DNA of 32,000 nucleotides from Sphingobium sp. Leaf26 (GTDB lineage Bacteria; Pseudomonadota; Alphaproteobacteria; Sphingomonadales; Sphingomonadaceae): NCBI RefSeq assembly GCF_001421665.1, contig NZ_LMKV01000001.1, positions 671,415 to 703,414 of the forward strand, read 5' to 3'. Shown piece by piece: positions 31,600 to 32,000 of this stretch (position 1 is its first letter; each line of letters starts with the position of its first letter). The notes under the pieces were generated by a model. It saw only the letters and a program-made list of their open reading frames with translations, ran no database searches and was not told where the DNA came from. The position numbers and the translations under genes were made by a program.

Positions 31600-32000
31600 C
31601 GGCGAGCCCCCACGGCATGCGCCCCCCAGGCAGCGGCGGCCACGACCAGCGCTCCGACAGCCTGGTGCAGCACTGCCAGCGGCAGCGCGATGCCGCTGAG
31701 GACGGTGGCGATGCCGAGCAATATCTGCGTGCCCAGCGCGGCATTGATGGCGATCGACGCACCGCGCCGCCCCGCCTGCTTCGCCCGCCGCGCCAGCACT
31801 ATCAGCGCCACAGCCGCGACCCACGCCCACCAGCGATGCAGGAAATGGACAAGATAGGGGTCGCTCGACACGGTCGCCCAGAGCGATCCCATCCAGCTGA
31901 TCCCTTCCGGCACCAGATGATCGTTCATCAGCGGCCAGGTGTTGGACACATAGCCCGCGTCCAGTCCTGCGGTGAAGGCGCCCAGCATCAATTGCACCAG
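31596..32000 (-). CDS. ctaA: Heme A synthase COX15/CtaA, C-terminal part (5' end beyond window)
   Basis: GAFTAGLDAGYVSNTWPLMNDHLVPEG...HFLHRWWAWV...LHQAVGALVV shows typical COX15 transmembrane His motifs. The frame stays open to the window edge. Confidence 0.8.
   Translation of the reverse strand: MVQLMLGAFTAGLDAGYVSNTWPLMNDHLVPEGISWMGSLWATVSSDPYLVHFLHRWWAWVAAVALIVLARRAKQAGRRGASIAINAALGTQILLGIATVLSGIALPLAVLHQAVGALVVAAAAWGAHAVGARR

Overview
All coordinates, stems and motif matches were derived by eye, without tools. The window has two parts.

(1) Positions 1 to about 21333 are the right-hand part of an integrated tailed temperate phage; its left end lies beyond the window.
- On the minus strand it carries a head and packaging operon: terL, portal, a MuF/SPP1-gp7 minor head protein fused to an anthrax-lethal-factor-like HExxH metalloprotease, scaffold, major capsid and a head-completion gene.
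- Upstream of terL is a six-gene, tightly translationally coupled operon centred on a T4 Rnl2-like RNA ligase.
- An opposite-strand block holds a T7 endonuclease I-like resolvase and a CHAP/NlpC-P60 peptidoglycan hydrolase.
- A terS-like gene is coupled to a small serine recombinase and sits 7 kb from terL.
- A non-coding control region is rich in 16-bp palindromes, promoters and terminators.
- The right end carries small unknown genes, AlpA and a P4-type tyrosine integrase, abutting a tRNA-Arg(CCT)-like sequence with no recognisable T arm.

(2) Positions 21449-32000 are GC-rich conserved alphaproteobacterial core genes, probably Sphingomonadales (an inference from gene content and the extended S9 N-terminus). 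They are a DUF1178 protein, a C-N hydrolase, grxC, comF-family, a methyltransferase, a LuxR-type regulator, a metallophosphoesterase, a lipid kinase, an FkbH-like HAD-IIIC protein, rpsI, rplM, a secreted hypothetical and the COX15/CtaA 3' part. This part looks ordinary.

The most interesting signals are all in the prophage:
- Two diverged, promoter-equipped copies of a roughly 170-190 nt structured RNA with compensatory stem changes. They bracket the terS-like/serine-recombinase cassette, and I cannot assign them to a known family.
- The MuF-metalloprotease fusion with a small acidic downstream ORF, an arrangement typical of toxin/immunity pairs.
- The Rnl2-like ligase operon, which has no recognisable end-healing partner.
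- A recurrent TAARTA-N4-ATG start context on packaging genes.
- A promoter-leader-terminator attenuator and a palindromic operator array around an orphan 244-aa gene.

No CRISPR array, rRNA or transposase was seen.
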